A stretch of DNA of 64,000 nt, from positions 1,984,001 through 2,048,000 of the forward strand of contig CM022671.1 in assembly GCA_012295275.1 (NCBI GenBank), written 5' to 3'. Below the pieces are notes generated by a model. That model made no database searches, was not told the origin of the DNA, and worked only from the letters and a program-made list of their open reading frames with translations. The translations under genes were made by a program, and so were the position numbers. Shown piece after piece: positions 1-14,412 of this stretch. The first letter of the stretch is position 1. Every line of letters begins with the position of its first letter. The DNA comes from Chrysomallon squamiferum (taxonomy: Eukaryota > Animalia > Mollusca).

Positions 1-372
1 AAAAAGTTTAAAATAAAAGAAGACTGTTATTTCACTTAGTAAAGAGCATTAACCTGGTAATTACTTTTGGCATTAATTGATCGGAATGGTATTCAGGAAT
101 GTCTCTTACAGCTAGGAGAGCAGACTTGATTACAATCGAAACAACATGACCACCTGTCGCTCTCAGTATCAAACAGTCACCTTAATTAGCAGTCTCTTGT
201 TTTATATTTCTTTCTTTATTGTTTCTTTCTAATTTGTTTCTGTTAAATTTCCTTTTCTTCTCCAGCTTTATTTTCAATCTTTTTTTCTTCTTTTCTTTCT
301 AATATCGTATTTTATTTTTCTAATTTTCTTATCTTTTCTAATGTGTATTATCTGTCTCTCTACCTTATTCAC

Positions 373-485
<113 letters not shown>

Positions 486-2896
486 CTGTCTCTCTTTCTC
501 GTTCAAAAGGTGACTGACCGAAAACTTAAACAGATTTTCGCCTACCTATTTCTTCTTCGCTTTCTAAGTGTCGATAGATATTGGTGCACCAAAATAAACA
601 CTGGCTGTGCAGCACCGAATACAAGCATATTATTTCAGCGCACTCGCAGCAGTGGTATGTAGGATCAAACACTTCAACAAACTCACTGTAGACATATGGC
701 GTTAACTTCGTTTTATAACGGTATTTAACTAACTGATATAACACCAGAGTGATAAAACAGACGCATTCATGTTAAGCAAGACAAAACAATAACCATAATG
801 AAATTCCCATAAGTATTTATATATATTTTTTTAACGTTTTTTTATCTCTGAATCTGAGAGATAAAATAATTGGAAGTTTTTCTCCACTCAGTATAAACAT
901 TTTTATTTTACTTTTTATTTTCTTTCATTATTTATTTTAAAATTAAAAGAAAAATAAATCGTTTTCCTTTATACAAAATACACATTACACAAAAACAAAT
1001 ATGTAAATAATAATTATTTATGTTTTCTTTTCCTAAACTGAATAATTTATGTTTTAGTTCCTGTTGCTTTTGTTTATTAATGCGTGGGTGTGGCAAAGAG
1101 TAAACAGCTTTTGTCTGTGAGTCACTGAGATAAACATCAAACACAGAGCGGTGTTGATGGAACAAAAATGATTGATTATTATCCACTGACATTTTTTGTC
1201 AGCTACGTAATGTTATGATGATATTTTTCATCTACGTTTTGGTGTACTAAAATATATATTATTTACTTTTTAAAAAGCATATACACCTGTGGATGTACAT
1301 ACATACATACATACATACATACATAACAGCAAACATATATATTCCCAATTCATGGATAGATACATCCACATACATATACATACATAAATACACACACACA
1401 TCCACACACACAAACACATAAATACATAAATACGTACATACATACAAACATGCACACATACATACACACCTAAATACAATTTTCTGTGACAGACACCTAG
1501 AAAATACAATCTCATTTTAATTCATACTGATACAGATAACAAACACAACCAACAAACACAACCACAGACACACACACGTCGACCTACAAAACATACTCCT
1601 GTCATGAAACATGTGCGTGCTGCATATCACACACATGTTTGTTCTAGAGAAAACGACTATTTTCAGAAGTGTGTGTGATCTGGTTAATAAACTAGTTTAT
1701 CAGACATGCATTGTTATTTTTAACTGACAGCAGGAATGGTGAAGCAAGTTTTGCGGAACGAAAATTACTCTTCAAGGAACCACTGTGTTGTGTTCGAGTC
1801 TTAACGAAACTGTTATTTGCTTATTTTCTCCTTTATTTTAGGAGTAAAAGAAGAAAGTCTATCAGGAAAGTAGGAGAGTCGTTGATGACAGCGTTTCTAT
1901 CCCTTTAATATTGTTCTTCCAGCTGTTTAACATTCGTTTAACAATATATATATAATAGTAAAAATATTCTAATTAAAAAGAACCACGATATATTTATATA
2001 TAAAATAAAACAGTTAATAGTTATACTAAAAATATGCAAAACAAAATATGGAAAGAAAATAAATAGACAAGGAAAGACAAATAAATGAATAAAAAAATAA
2101 ATAAATAACTATTTTTCCTGTTGATTTGTTATAAAATAAAACCAAAAAAAAATAGAAATAAAAAATGTAATAAAATCCATTTCTTCCTAGTTATCCTTTC
2201 TGGTGCTTTAAAATTTATTTCCTATTAAATAATCCGTGTAAATAGTGTGTTAACAGTGGTCTCATATATACACAAACACAGATTCAAACAGACACATACA
2301 TACAAACAAACAAACAGACACAAATATACACATTACCTTGCTGACGTCACATGTTTTACCTTTCCTCATTGTATTTAAGACGACCGCGGTTTGTAATTTT
2401 AGCCGATTTGTAACCAGACATTTGTAATGGATGACATGTTCTGTGTAGATGTCGTGTAATCTGTCAGAGGAGAGTTTAATTTATTCGGAAACTACTCCAC
2501 TTGATGGTGTAAATGGAGTAAAAACAGTCTGAGGGATTTGTGTGGAAGGTAAGAGCAGCAATGACACAATAGGTAGTTGTCAGGGCAGAATAAAGAACAT
2601 CTGTAATTTCTGAACTACGAGCTCAAGACAGATGTGCTGTAAATTCGTAAGACTGTTTCACTGGTCACAGATTTTATCTACATGACTTACGTTACAGATG
2701 TCGCTCGAACGGTCCGCATCTTTATAGACAGAGTCTAATAAACAGATGTCAAACAGATAAACATATAACGCGAGACAGACAAACCAAAAGTTAGACAGAG
2801 AAATGCACATTGATAGAAAGACAGACGGACATTATACGTACAAACAGATATACAGAGTTCAGACATACACCAGATCGACAAAGAAATACAGCGATA

Positions 2897-3462
2897 TTAC
2901 AAACCATCACAGAGAACGTCCATCAACTTGGGTTGCAGATCTTTGAGCTGGTCGTAGTTTTTCACGTGGAAGAAATGCTGTTGTGACGGCGAATCGCACA
3001 TCATCATCATCTCCTTCTGCGGCGCCTCGTCGCCGACCGCGATTACGTACACCTCGACGCCTCGTATCCTCGCATGCTGCGCCTCGCGAAGAGCTTTGAT
3101 CGGTTCGTCCAGGTTTCCGTCCACGACCAGCACCGCCACCTTCTTCGCTTCACGTCTGCCGCCTTTCTTTTTGTTGAACGACGATCTTCTCATGTCCTTC
3201 AGGAGACTGGAAAAGTCCGTGCCCTTCAGCTCAGACAGCGCTCTGACCACAGCCTCAGTTCCTTTGTGCTTTCCCAGAGAAAAGCCGTCTGTCGGAGTCT
3301 GGCACTCGGCGGACATCAGACCAATCTGGACCTTGTTCTGGTCCATGTCCACGTGGCGCGCTATCGTTTTGATGAAGTCCAAGGACTTTCTTGTGTTCTT
3401 TCTGCCAGCGTTCACGCTGTCCAGCACGAACATCATGTCAGCCTCTTGACGGTAGCCACACG
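2897..3462 (-). CDS. Triple-VWA protein exon 8, VWA domain 3 (probable last coding exon)
   Basis: ttgtccAG acceptor; CGYRQEADMMFVLDSVNAG...KVAVLVVDG...VYVIAVG...LCDGL-stop. A possible G|GTTTGT donor at 2905 means a further exon cannot be excluded. Confidence 0.88.
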
Positions 3463-3615
3463 CTGGACAATTAGAAAGATGTATAAAATAATTGAATCTA
3501 AATTTAATTATGACTGAAATAAATTAGAAAATATTCGCAAAATCTTTATTTAAACTGTATAAATCCTCTAAAAATCATTACATGTAATAGAAAAATCACA
3601 AAAATCAATACTTAC

Positions 3616-3648
3616 GTTGATCAGCAACTGGCATCATGGATGGTTGAA
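3616..3648 (-). CDS. Triple-VWA protein exon 7, short linker (VQPSMMPVADQ)
   Basis: tttgcAG acceptor and C|GTAAGT donor; 33 nt, phase 1-1. Confidence 0.8.
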
Positions 3649-5101
3649 CTGCAAATAAAAAAGTGTTAAATAAACAAATTAATTAATATTATTGTTGATA
3701 AATTTGTTTTTGTAATTATCATTTGTTATTGTTTATCTGTGTTTTGCAGATGGAATAGTAAAAGACACTAAATGCTTTTTAAATAAGTGTACAATCGCAA
3801 TCTCTGTCTTTCTCTCTCTCTTTCTGTTGATCTCTATGTGTCTTTCTCTTTCATCTGCAGAAGCATTCGCGTACATAAATGGAACATTCAGTGATATACA
3901 CCACGACTACTGCAGAAATCTCTTAAGAAAAAACACAACTGCCGTGCATATTTTATTATACTCTACTAGTGCTGTAAAAGTAAAAATAGGAGGTTACGAC
4001 ATTCAAAAATATCTCATCCTAAACCAGAATCACTGATTTGAAAACCACACAACAGAGTAACTCAAATTAGTTGAACATGTTTGAGTTCAATGTCCTGTTG
4101 CAAAAAAATGTCCTGGAGCCCTTGTAACATTCGACGGTGTTCTTTCTACAACGATATCAAAAATTGTTTTTAGCAGTTTCTCTGTTGTAAAAATGAGTTT
4201 GATTCCATTTGCTTTTTCGAAGACGATTCTTTTTTAATTGAGGATTTTAAAATGATTTTGGTAATACAGTTATTACCGTTTTCTTATTTGTGCTGTTGAT
4301 CATGATTATTCTGTTATTGTTGCTGTAGTTGGTAGCGTTGTGAATACTGAAATTTGACGTCATCATCATCAGCTATCATGCTAAATATCTTTGACGTATT
4401 CATTTACTAATTTACTTTTATTGTCATAATTATTACTGAAGTTGATGCTGATTTCTTCTGGAAACTAATAAAATATTAAAGCTTGAAAGCAATTAACAAA
4501 GGCCATATATATTCCGAGGTAAAACAAACTTGAAAGACGCAGTTTCTTTATTAACAATTAGTTACTGAATTTCAAACTGACAGATATTTTACTTTCACAA
4601 ATGAAGCATAAAGATAATTCATTCCAACTTCATCGAAAACGCAGAAATGACAAAACTAGTATTTCTAAAATATTTATGTGATCCAAGTTCTCAGTTTCTT
4701 ATGATTTACAGCTGTCGATGATGGATAGTGTATGAAAAAAACGTTTCTCAAATGAGCCGTTAAATGATATTTTCTCATACATTTGCATTACATTATATTT
4801 CTTGTATGATGGTTCTAGGATGGATTTGCTGTTTGAATCAACATAAATCTAGAGTAAATTGTTTTATTGATGTTTCGCATACACTTTCTTAAACTAAGTA
4901 TTACTGATAAATAAATTGTAGTTTATATAAACTTTGAAAACAGCCATCTCTGATCTGTATGTTTTCACAGATTAAGATATTCACGTTTTCATTACAATTT
5001 ACAAGTTATTTTCTCTTCCTTAGCGATGTTTATTGTGAAACACTGTTATTCAGTTACTATTTAAACCAGTATTTGTTTTGTGTTTAAAAAACCCATCTGA
5101 C

Positions 5102-5665
5102 CTGAACACGCTTCCTCCACCATCTCCGGCAGCAGTGAACTGAGGTCGCTAAACGAGCTGACTCTGTACATGCTTCTTCCTTTCTGTCCGTGCGTCAGCA
5201 CTTTGAGCTCCTCGTCGCTCACAGCGTCGCCTGCGCCGATGGCGAACACTTTAATTCCGCTCTTCCTCGCCTTCGCCGCCTGCTTCTTCGTCCTGTGCAG
5301 GTCGTACGACTTGCTTCCAGCCAGCATGACGATGATCTGCGGACTGTCCCTGCGACTGATGCTTCTCCTGAAGCTCTTCGTCCTGATGTACCTCAGTGCT
5401 TCGTCGATGCGCGTTCCTCCAGCGCTTCTCTCCACGTCAAGCAAACCACTGGCCAGAGCTTTGCCGTCGCTGTAGGTGTCCAGTTCAAAGCCTTCCAGGA
5501 CCTGGTCCGTGTACACGATGAGACCCACCCTCGTGGCGTTGGGGGCAATGTGCAGACGTTTGGTGAAGTCTCGAACGAATCGAACCTGGCTCCAGAACTC
5601 TTGTGAGGAAATCTTGTTCGATGAGTCGAGTCCGAACACGATGTCCGCCATTTTGCCAGCGCAAA
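5102..5665 (-). CDS. Triple-VWA protein exon 6, VWA domain 2
   Basis: CAGKMADIVFGLDSSNK...TRVGLIVY...GGTRIDEAL...VFAIGAG; 564 nt, phase 1-1, tttacAG acceptor and G|GTCAGA donor. Confidence 0.9.
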
Positions 5666-6827
5666 CTGTAAACATAAACGTGAACATAAATTCTAACAAA
5701 ATGTTTACATCATTCTGATTAAGATTAACTTGTCTTGATAATGAGTTTAAGATCGATGTATATATCTTTATTATTTTGATTCTGTTGAATGTTTTGCTGT
5801 TGATGTTTTAAAAAAAGGTTCTGACCCACAAGTGCTAGTGTACTCTGATTCTTATTACCACCTGTAAGATTTGTGACACGTTAGAGATTTTGTGTTTGCA
5901 TTACAACAAATATGTCAGTCAACTGGACTTTCTCAGTGTAACAAATACTTTCAAAACCGTCAGGAATCGAACTGAAAGGTTATCAAAGACTTCAGATATG
6001 ATCTGTTTCCTATGAGGCTGTGGTAAAAGATCCTTTCTGCTAACTGATAAGACAAGCATATTAAATAACGATGGTCTGCTTCCTTTCAAATCAGAACAAA
6101 TCTAGTAAGTAGTAACACAAAAGTGAGTCAATATTCATTCATGTATTTCTGACGGTTTGCTCTTTTTTTTTTTTTTTTTTTTTGTATTTGTTCCTCTATC
6201 GTATTTATAGGCAAAAGAAAGAGAAAAACTTTTAAAAGACTGTTTCACTCTACGTTTTAATCTGTGAGGTTTAATACTGCAGGTGTTCATCATTTTGTTA
6301 ATCCTACTTTTTTAATGATCGTTTTTTTTTTTTTTTTTTGTTTTCTCCTCGTTTTTTATGTCGAAAAAGCTTTTAATTGAAAAAAATAGCAACCAAAATA
6401 GAACAAGTAATGAAAAAAAAGAGAAAAAAAACCTGTGAAGTGTAAGTGTTAAACAGAATTGAAAAAAGAAAAAAAGAAAAAAAGATAAACAAATCCCGGA
6501 AAAAAAGAAATAAAGATAAACAGAAATATTCCTTTTCCATCTGTCAGGCTCTTGTGTACTATCGAGGCCAGTTTTTTTTCAGTCAGTAAACAAACAAACA
6601 AGTAAATCAACAAAATAAAATAAAATAAAATAAAATAAAATAAAATAATAAAATAAAATAAAAGAAAATAATAAAAGAAAAGAAAATAAAAGAAAAGAAA
6701 CATAAATGTGAAAAGAAGATGAACTGTCATTCCAAGATAATATATAAATCTGTTGAAAATTAATTTTTTCTTTTTAAATCTAAAACTGTTTTAAGCAAAT
6801 TCGTGACTGTTTTACTCTTAACCTTAC

Positions 6828-6881
6828 TTTGTGCTACTTTTTCTGATATTGTCGTTGTCGTTCTTTCAGATGTTGTTGTAG
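6828..6881 (-). CDS. Triple-VWA protein exon 5, Thr-rich linker
   Basis: tttttccAG acceptor and A|GTAAG donor; 54 nt, phase 1-1. Reads TTTTSERTTTISEKVAQ. Confidence 0.8.
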
Positions 6882-7088
6882 CTGGAAAAAACAAAAGAAA
6901 ACATGATTTATATTTTGAAAATCAGAATATTTTCGAAACGATCAACATTGTATACTGAAGATATGTTATACTTGTATTTTCATTATTTGGTTAGTTCTTG
7001 TACAAAAGTCATTTAAAAATTTAATTATTTTGTAAATGACTTTAAGGATTTTCTGGATAAAAGATCATACAAATCAGTCCACTGAGCT

Positions 7089-7159
7089 TATATGTGAGAC
7101 TAATATGTGAGACTAATATGTGAGACTAATATGTGAGACAAATATGTGAGACTAATATG
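7089..7159. repeat. 13-bp tandem repeat, about 5 copies
   Basis: Unit taatatgtgagac. Confidence 0.9.
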
Positions 7160-7895
7160 GGGCATGCGGACACGTGTTTATGTTTGTAACTGTTTTGTTT
7201 TTATCGCAAAATACCAGAAGATATGATTAATAACTGCGTGTTATAGCCGAAGCTATTGACTTATTTCATGTATTTACAGAAACTTCTACTTATAACATAA
7301 CAAATAATTTGATCCTTTCAGTAACAGTAATTACAGGCAGGGAGGAAAAGTTTGACTCTGCATTTCTGTTTAAATATATTCCTTTATTTGTTATTGTTTA
7401 TTTTCCTTACTTATACAAAAGTCTCGTTATGTCCATTACATAACAAGTAAATCAGAAATATCCGAGAACTGAGTTAATTAGTGTCTGGATAATGTGTTTA
7501 ACTGAAGACTCAATTAGAAGCATCTGTTTAAAAAGAACGGTAGAGATGGAGCCACTTACACACACATTTGTCATTGAAGAGTTTCCAAATAATTCAAAAC
7601 AAATAAACTAAGTGGTATGTTTAGTTAGTAGCTACAGTGAAGTTTGTTAAAATGAGATAAAAGGAAACAAGATATACTAAAAAAACATCCCCATCTAGAG
7701 AGAGAATAAAGCATTAGGGAAATTTGGCGAAGTTTCAGAATGTTGGTAGTTTTTGTGTTATCTTGCTTGTTCACATATTTACACGTACTCGATATGGCGT
7801 TCACGCATATTTTTATACCCCTGAATAATCTCTCTTATTACTCCTTTTATTGAAAGACAGCTTCACTTTACGTATTAATACTGAGAGAGACAGAC

Positions 7896-7978
<83 letters not shown>

Positions 7979-9070
7979 GGCATCTGACCGTTCTTTTTGT
8001 GTTACTGATACTATTCTGCATTTGAAGTAAACTCACAATCCTTTCCGTTAATTTTCAAATGCAGATAAACTTTATGTAAACTTCGATTCCTATTAAACCT
8101 CTGACTTAAGTGCACTTACTCTTTTCTGAAATGTTTTTTTGTCACAAAGTTTGTTTTCTCTATCCACAAAGATTATTTTCTTTGTCTGGATATTAGCTGC
8201 ATTGTATACACAGCATATAAAAAACAGATTCTTAATGTGATCCCAGCACTTTTGTGCCTTGCACTTGTCAACACCGACTGTAGAAGTGTGGAAATACACG
8301 GAAACTTTGTTCAAAGAGAAAACGTAGTTGAACGCAGCCATAAGTCCATATTTAATACACATAAAAGTGACAAATGTCAAAAACAGCGAATATATATATA
8401 GATATGAATACAGAAAAAAGAAGTAAATTTAAGTTAAAGAAAAGCAACTGGAAACTTTATCTGATAGACCTAGAAATAGAATAGAACGATTACAGCAAAA
8501 CGATTCACTTTATGTCTATCTCTCTCACACACACACTCACGGACACGCACGCACATACACAACACTTGTTTTTATTTATTGTTGTTCTGGTTGTTGTTAT
8601 TAATGGTATTTCGCACTGACTGAAAAGCAAATAAAAATACAAGACTATCTTTACTGTATGAATTACTTTCCATAATTCTCAATAAAAAAATAAAAAAGGA
8701 ACGCCTCAACTGAAAATGTATTTTCTAATCTAAAATGACAACATTTTCCATCTCCGTATTGCGATAAATTTGAGCCGGAAATTGTTTTTACTCTCCTTCT
8801 TAAATAACAGAGCACCGCACTGCCGCGAAGCGCTAACCTTCCCGATCTTTCTGTCAAAAGCTGGAAAGCGTCAAATTAAAGAAGCTGAGATCTGTTCTAT
8901 TTTTTCCTTCTCTGCTCTCGAATTTTGTTTGTTCTGTTGTTCTCTTTCTGTGTGATAGATTTCTATGTACAGAATAATTTAACTTGTGTCTATTTTAACG
9001 TTCTCTTTCCGCTGGCATTCCTACTCTCGTCGAAACAGAGTGTTATCTGTTACACACAAACGCACCCACC

Positions 9071-9110
<40 letters not shown>

Positions 9111-9743
9111 TACACACAGACAGACAAACACACATACATACACACATACATCTGATTTCATGAACTCGGAACAACGGAACCTTCTGCTACGTATTTTGGT
9201 GATTATAGAACATGTGTTTTCTTCTTAAACTGTCCCGACTTGGCGTAGAATTGAAAAATAAGTATCATTTTAACGCGTCTGATTCACAGATAAATTCCGT
9301 TTGAAGTTTAAAATGAAAAACATGTCCACGATGAGGGAACTCTAATAAATTACAGCAGAGACGCGCAAAAAAAACACGGCAAAGAAGAAACAGTAGAAAA
9401 AAGATCTCTTCTCTCAATTTAGCTCAAAATTGCTAAATTTGACGATAGCGGTCTCTTTATGTGCTAAAGATCAAAAAGTCGACGCGAACGTTTCAAAGTA
9501 GCTCATCTAAATAAGATGTCTCACGAGTTATTTTTAAACAGGCAATAAAGTTATAAGTATGCTATCAAATCTGGAATGTTTATGATTAACCCAGGACCAA
9601 ACTTCCTACGGGCTTCGTGTTCCTTATCGGTTAATAATAAGTAAAGTATATTAGAAAAGATTAGTTTTCTACATGGGTTCTGTATTTAGAGGCGTACAAT
9701 TTCATCATTCAGCCTTGAGTCAAGTAATAATAATTTGTTATAC

Positions 9744-9777
<34 letters not shown>

Positions 9778-9938
9778 GGGGGGGGAGACGGGCTGTGGGT
9801 GGATGTGTGGGTGTGTTTTTGTGAGTGCATGTTTGTGCGTGCATGTTTATGCGTGCTTATAAGAATGATACGGTAATTAATTCAGGAAATTATCTTCAAA
9901 TATCTGAGCTAAGAAAAGAGACAATAGTTTTCTCTTAC

Positions 9939-10058
9939 TTGGTTTGGGTGTTGTCGTCGTTGTCGTGGTAGTTGTAGTTGTTGTCGGGGTGGTAGTTGTA
10001 GTAGTTGTCGTGGTAGTTATTCGCTTGGGCGTTGTTTTCTTAGTTGGTTTTCCAGTAA
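9939..10058 (-). CDS. Triple-VWA protein exon 4, Thr/Pro/Lys-rich mucin-like linker
   Basis: ccatAG acceptor and A|GTAAG donor; 120 nt, phase 1-1. Reads VTGKPTKKTTPKRITTTTTTTTTPTTTTTTTTTTTPKP. Confidence 0.85.
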
Positions 10059-10213
10059 CTATGGATAAAAAAAAAAAAATTCAATTATATGCATGTGTGT
10101 CTATCTATATATTTCTGATGACTAAAATGATATATTAGTGACTGTTTATTCCTATAAGATACTTTGCATAAATAAATAAAGAAAGAAAGAAAATAAATAA
10201 AGAAAAATAATCA

Positions 10214-10249
<36 letters not shown>

Positions 10250-10293
10250 AAAAGAACCAATGGAAATAAGAAAATGAGAGTTGGAGAATATAC

Positions 10294-10870
10294 CTTGGCA
10301 CGTCCTAACAGCGAGTTTGTCTTTCATGGAGTCGAGCGCGTCGTACCCGCCAACCTGGAACAGATACTTCAGTGTGGGTTTACTCGAGATGCCCGCCAGT
10401 TCCCTCACATTCGTCAACCTGCCGACACCAAGCGCAAACAGATTGATATTTCGTCGTTTGGCTTTTGACGCCTCCCAGACGGTCTTGACGATGTTCTGAG
10501 ACTGACCGTCGGTGACCACGATGCCCACCTTAGGGAACGCCAGGCCGGGCTCCAAACCTCGGACTGAACATCTTCCTCCTCATGAAGCGGATTGCCTGGG
10601 CGGTGTTCGTGGCGTAGCCGTCCGTCTCCTGGATGTCTCCTATGGCAAGGAGCATGTCTTGCTTGTCGTAGTAGGAGTTGAGGTAGAACTGGGGGTCGGC
10701 GTATTTGCTGAACGTTGCCACGCCGACTCGCGTGGCATTCTCTCCGATCGTGAACATGGCCACGACGTTCCTTACGAAGTGGAGCTGTCGCTGAAAGTCC
10801 GGGCCCCAGATGCTGTTGGAGGAGTCGAGCAAGAAGACGACGTCGGCTGGGGTGTTGCCGCAGTATTCCA
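10294..10870 (-). CDS. Triple-VWA protein exon 3, VWA domain 1 (contains a +1 frameshift at 10530-10535)
   Basis: CGNTPADVVFLLDSSNS (intact DxSxS MIDAS), TRVGVATFS, ATNTAQAI, KVGIVVTDGQS, FALGVG. The exon is 577 nt between phase-1 sites, one base more than a multiple of 3. Confidence 0.9.
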
Positions 10871-12195
10871 CTATCAAAGCAAAGCAGACGATGAAGCGAA
10901 ACGATTATCTCAACAGTTCTTTGTTTTTGTTATATTGTAAATTTAAAAAAAAAAAAAAAAATAAAAATAATAATTTATAGTCGGTTTTTTCCGTATTGGT
11001 AGTAAAGGAAGAAAAAAAAAAATCAAGAGAGAATGAAACAGAAACGTAAATCTATAAAAATGTGGAAAGGTTTGGTAATAAAACGGTATGAGTGGGATCA
11101 TTTTGTATCATTTCCCAAACGTGACTCAGAAGACGTGATTGTTGCAATGTTATCATCACGTGTTATATGCTATATAGTGCTCGGTGTATATTTCATGCAC
11201 ATCAAACATGTGTGAGAAAACTTACAGTTTTTTTGTTGGGTAATATATATGCTAGCACATTGTGCACATGCATCGAAAATAATAATGAAATTAAATCAGG
11301 TTCAGATGAAAACTGAACATATATGGAATATGTGGGAAAACTATACCTAGAGAACATTTCTATACTCTGTGTTTTTCTTTTTCTTTTCTTTTTTTCTTTT
11401 TTTCTTTAAAATAAAAAGAGCCTCCAAAAACCTTTAACCCTCTCCAAATAAGAAAAATATTAAATATTAATTTTAATAATTGATAAAAAAAAAAAAAACC
11501 CCCAAAAAAAAAAAAAAAAAAAAAAAAAACGTATCAGAATGAAATATAAGCAAACAAATAAATAAATAAATATCGGAAATATACTTACCTTACATTTTAT
11601 ACACTATATACATATATTAATACGTAAAAAATAAAAATAAAATATACTACTAGTAAACATGCACATTCAATGACCATAGCAATCCATAAAAATCTACAGA
11701 TGTATACGTTTCTAACACCAGGCTTTTTTTAAATGTTTTTTTGTTTAGACAGTTTTAATTCATGCTCAGTCATGCCAGAACTATCACATTCATTACATGC
11801 AGCTATGCTCACATTTTACTATTAATAGATATCACTGATGAAGAAACCAAATAATTATGTTAAAAATAATACAAAGGTTTTCTTGGATACATTGTCACAA
11901 TTTTATTCTAGCGGCTTTGTTAAGTACAGAACGATCTGGCATCACTGTTGTGTTTTCTTCTCCTGGCAAAAGAAAACTGTATAAACAGAATGTTCTGTAG
12001 CTGAGAAGAAAAGTGCTAAATATATTTTCGTTCACGCTCTCCTTTGCTGATAACCGTCAAGCTTGACGACATAAACTGCCACCTCCCACATAGAAACAAA
12101 CTGAGTAACATAGCTCGAATAGTTTCTCTTCACAGACACAGCATATACAGCAAAGCAAAGTTTAAGAAAATATAAATCATACCAAAACAGCTAGT

Positions 12196-12305
<110 letters not shown>

Positions 12306-13903
12306 AATTATTACTTTATTCAACTTTATTTATTTATCTCGGCCATCTATTATATATGCTCAAGACCATAACGCCACGATATGTCACATCGTTCCGAAAC
12401 GACATCCTTCTTGTTTATTTAACAGCCAAACACAAGGACATTATTCACTCTAATAATTCTATTTCACGCTCGAGTTAAAACTTTTCACAACAAAGGACAG
12501 TTTCCTTCATTGTACAAAACCGCAGCTACCGATATCCATCGTTATATTTAAAAACGTATTTTCAAGCAGATAATAGAAATATTTATTGTGCTTGAAAAGA
12601 TAGTAATCTTAGAATTAATTTCTAGATTTTGTGACTATTCTGAATGATGTGTTTTGAACCTGCAGGTTGACACAAGTGATACTGTCAGGCTGGCACGACA
12701 CAAAACCGAGCCGAGGCAGATTTTAAAAAGATGTTATCTGTATTTTCCCTTCCCGTTCTTTTTGCTAGTCACTGCGCTACTTTATATAACCTTCGTGCAT
12801 ATAAGCTTGATGCTCCGTTTGTTGATATTAAAAGCACATAAAGATTATTGATAAAAGGCAAACACTTTCTTCAAAAATTGTTCTAAAATGTTTGTCGGTT
12901 CATATCGTACTTAACCCCTAGCGTATATAACGTTGATATAAACAGAATTTTATATACATAAACACTGACAAAAGACTGTTGAAGATCACAAGTAATTTTC
13001 AAAGATATCATCATTGATTTTGCTCTCAAAATCATATTCCAGAACATGTTCCTAATTAAAATAAGTAACACATAATCATAATTTTATATGTAGTCATAAC
13101 AGGTTATTTTCATAAATCATGGCGATAACCAGTTGAAATTAATAATAAAATGTTTTTGGCAATGAAAGGAATTCCCTAGACACACATAGCTTCTGGCAGT
13201 GCTACAATTAGATATTCCACCTTAACCTTTTTGAACTTATCTCAAAGGAAAATTACCAAGACAAATTTTTGCGTATTATCAATAGAACACATCTTACAGA
13301 TCAAATACTAACTTATTGTGTTAGATATGAATAGTACTGCTACTTTATAATTCAGTCGAAGCGTGAAATGTTCAAAGAAAGGTATATATATATGTGTGTG
13401 TGTGTATATTCAGTGAAAGAAATAAGATCACTGAGGCATCTCGGCTAACGTGAAATTGCTCTATCAAACAATTCGTCTTCAAAATGAGATAAAAACCTTT
13501 ACATGATATTGCACGATTTATGGAAGCCCTCTTGTGTCATAAGCACAAAGTGATATCATTGTTTCCTGCTGAAGATGGCCAAATAGGAAGTGGTTGAGTT
13601 ATGATGTACAGAAAACGAGCTATCAACTCTAAAGGATAAAAGTATCTTAATTACTCTTTAAGATAAACGAAAGTGCCAGCGATTTCTTATATGTCTTTGT
13701 CTGTTCCATTCCAGCATAGATATGTGTCATAAATACAAGTTAAAGCCAATTTTTTTTCTTCAACCTTAATTTTTATTTTATTTTATTTTATTATACTTGT
13801 TGTTATTATTATTATTATTATTTTTTTTTTTATCTTAGGCCAGCGAGCGAAACAGAGTAATAAATCTGTACCACAAACGTGTCTCCATGAATGAAAGTAT
13901 GAA

Positions 13904-14412
13904 TGTGCTATCTGTATTCATAATAATACTACTGTTTATAGTGCTATCTGTATTCATAATAATACTACTGTTTATAGTGCTATCTATATTCATAATAATA
14001 CTAGTATTTATAGTGATATCTGTATTCATAATAATACTAGTATTTATAGTGCTATCTGTATTCATAATAATACTACTGTTTATAGTGCTATCTGTATTCA
14101 TAATAATACTACTGTTTATAGTGCTGTCTGTATTCATAATAATACTACTGTTTATAGTGCTATCTGTATTCATAATAATACTATTGTTTATAGTGCTATC
14201 TGTATTCATAATAATACTACTGTTTATAGTGCTATCTGTATTCATAATAATACTACTGTTTATAGTGCTATCTATAATCATAATAATACTAGTATTTATA
14301 GTGATATCTGTATTCATAATAATACTAGTATTTATAGTGATATCTGTATTCATAATAATACTAGTATTTATAGTGATATCTGCATTAATAATAAAACCAT
14401 TTATAGTGCTGG
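13904..14412. repeat. 36-bp minisatellite, about 14 copies
   Basis: Unit atagtgctatctgtattcataataatactactgttt. Confidence 0.95.

Noticed and set aside
3074-10940. Plus-strand ORFs overlapping the VWA exons
   Set aside because: These are antisense shadows of GC-rich coding exons with no independent motifs.
13904-14412. Regular 36-bp repeat as a CRISPR array
   Set aside because: The units are head-to-tail with no unique spacers, the context is eukaryotic and there are no cas genes.
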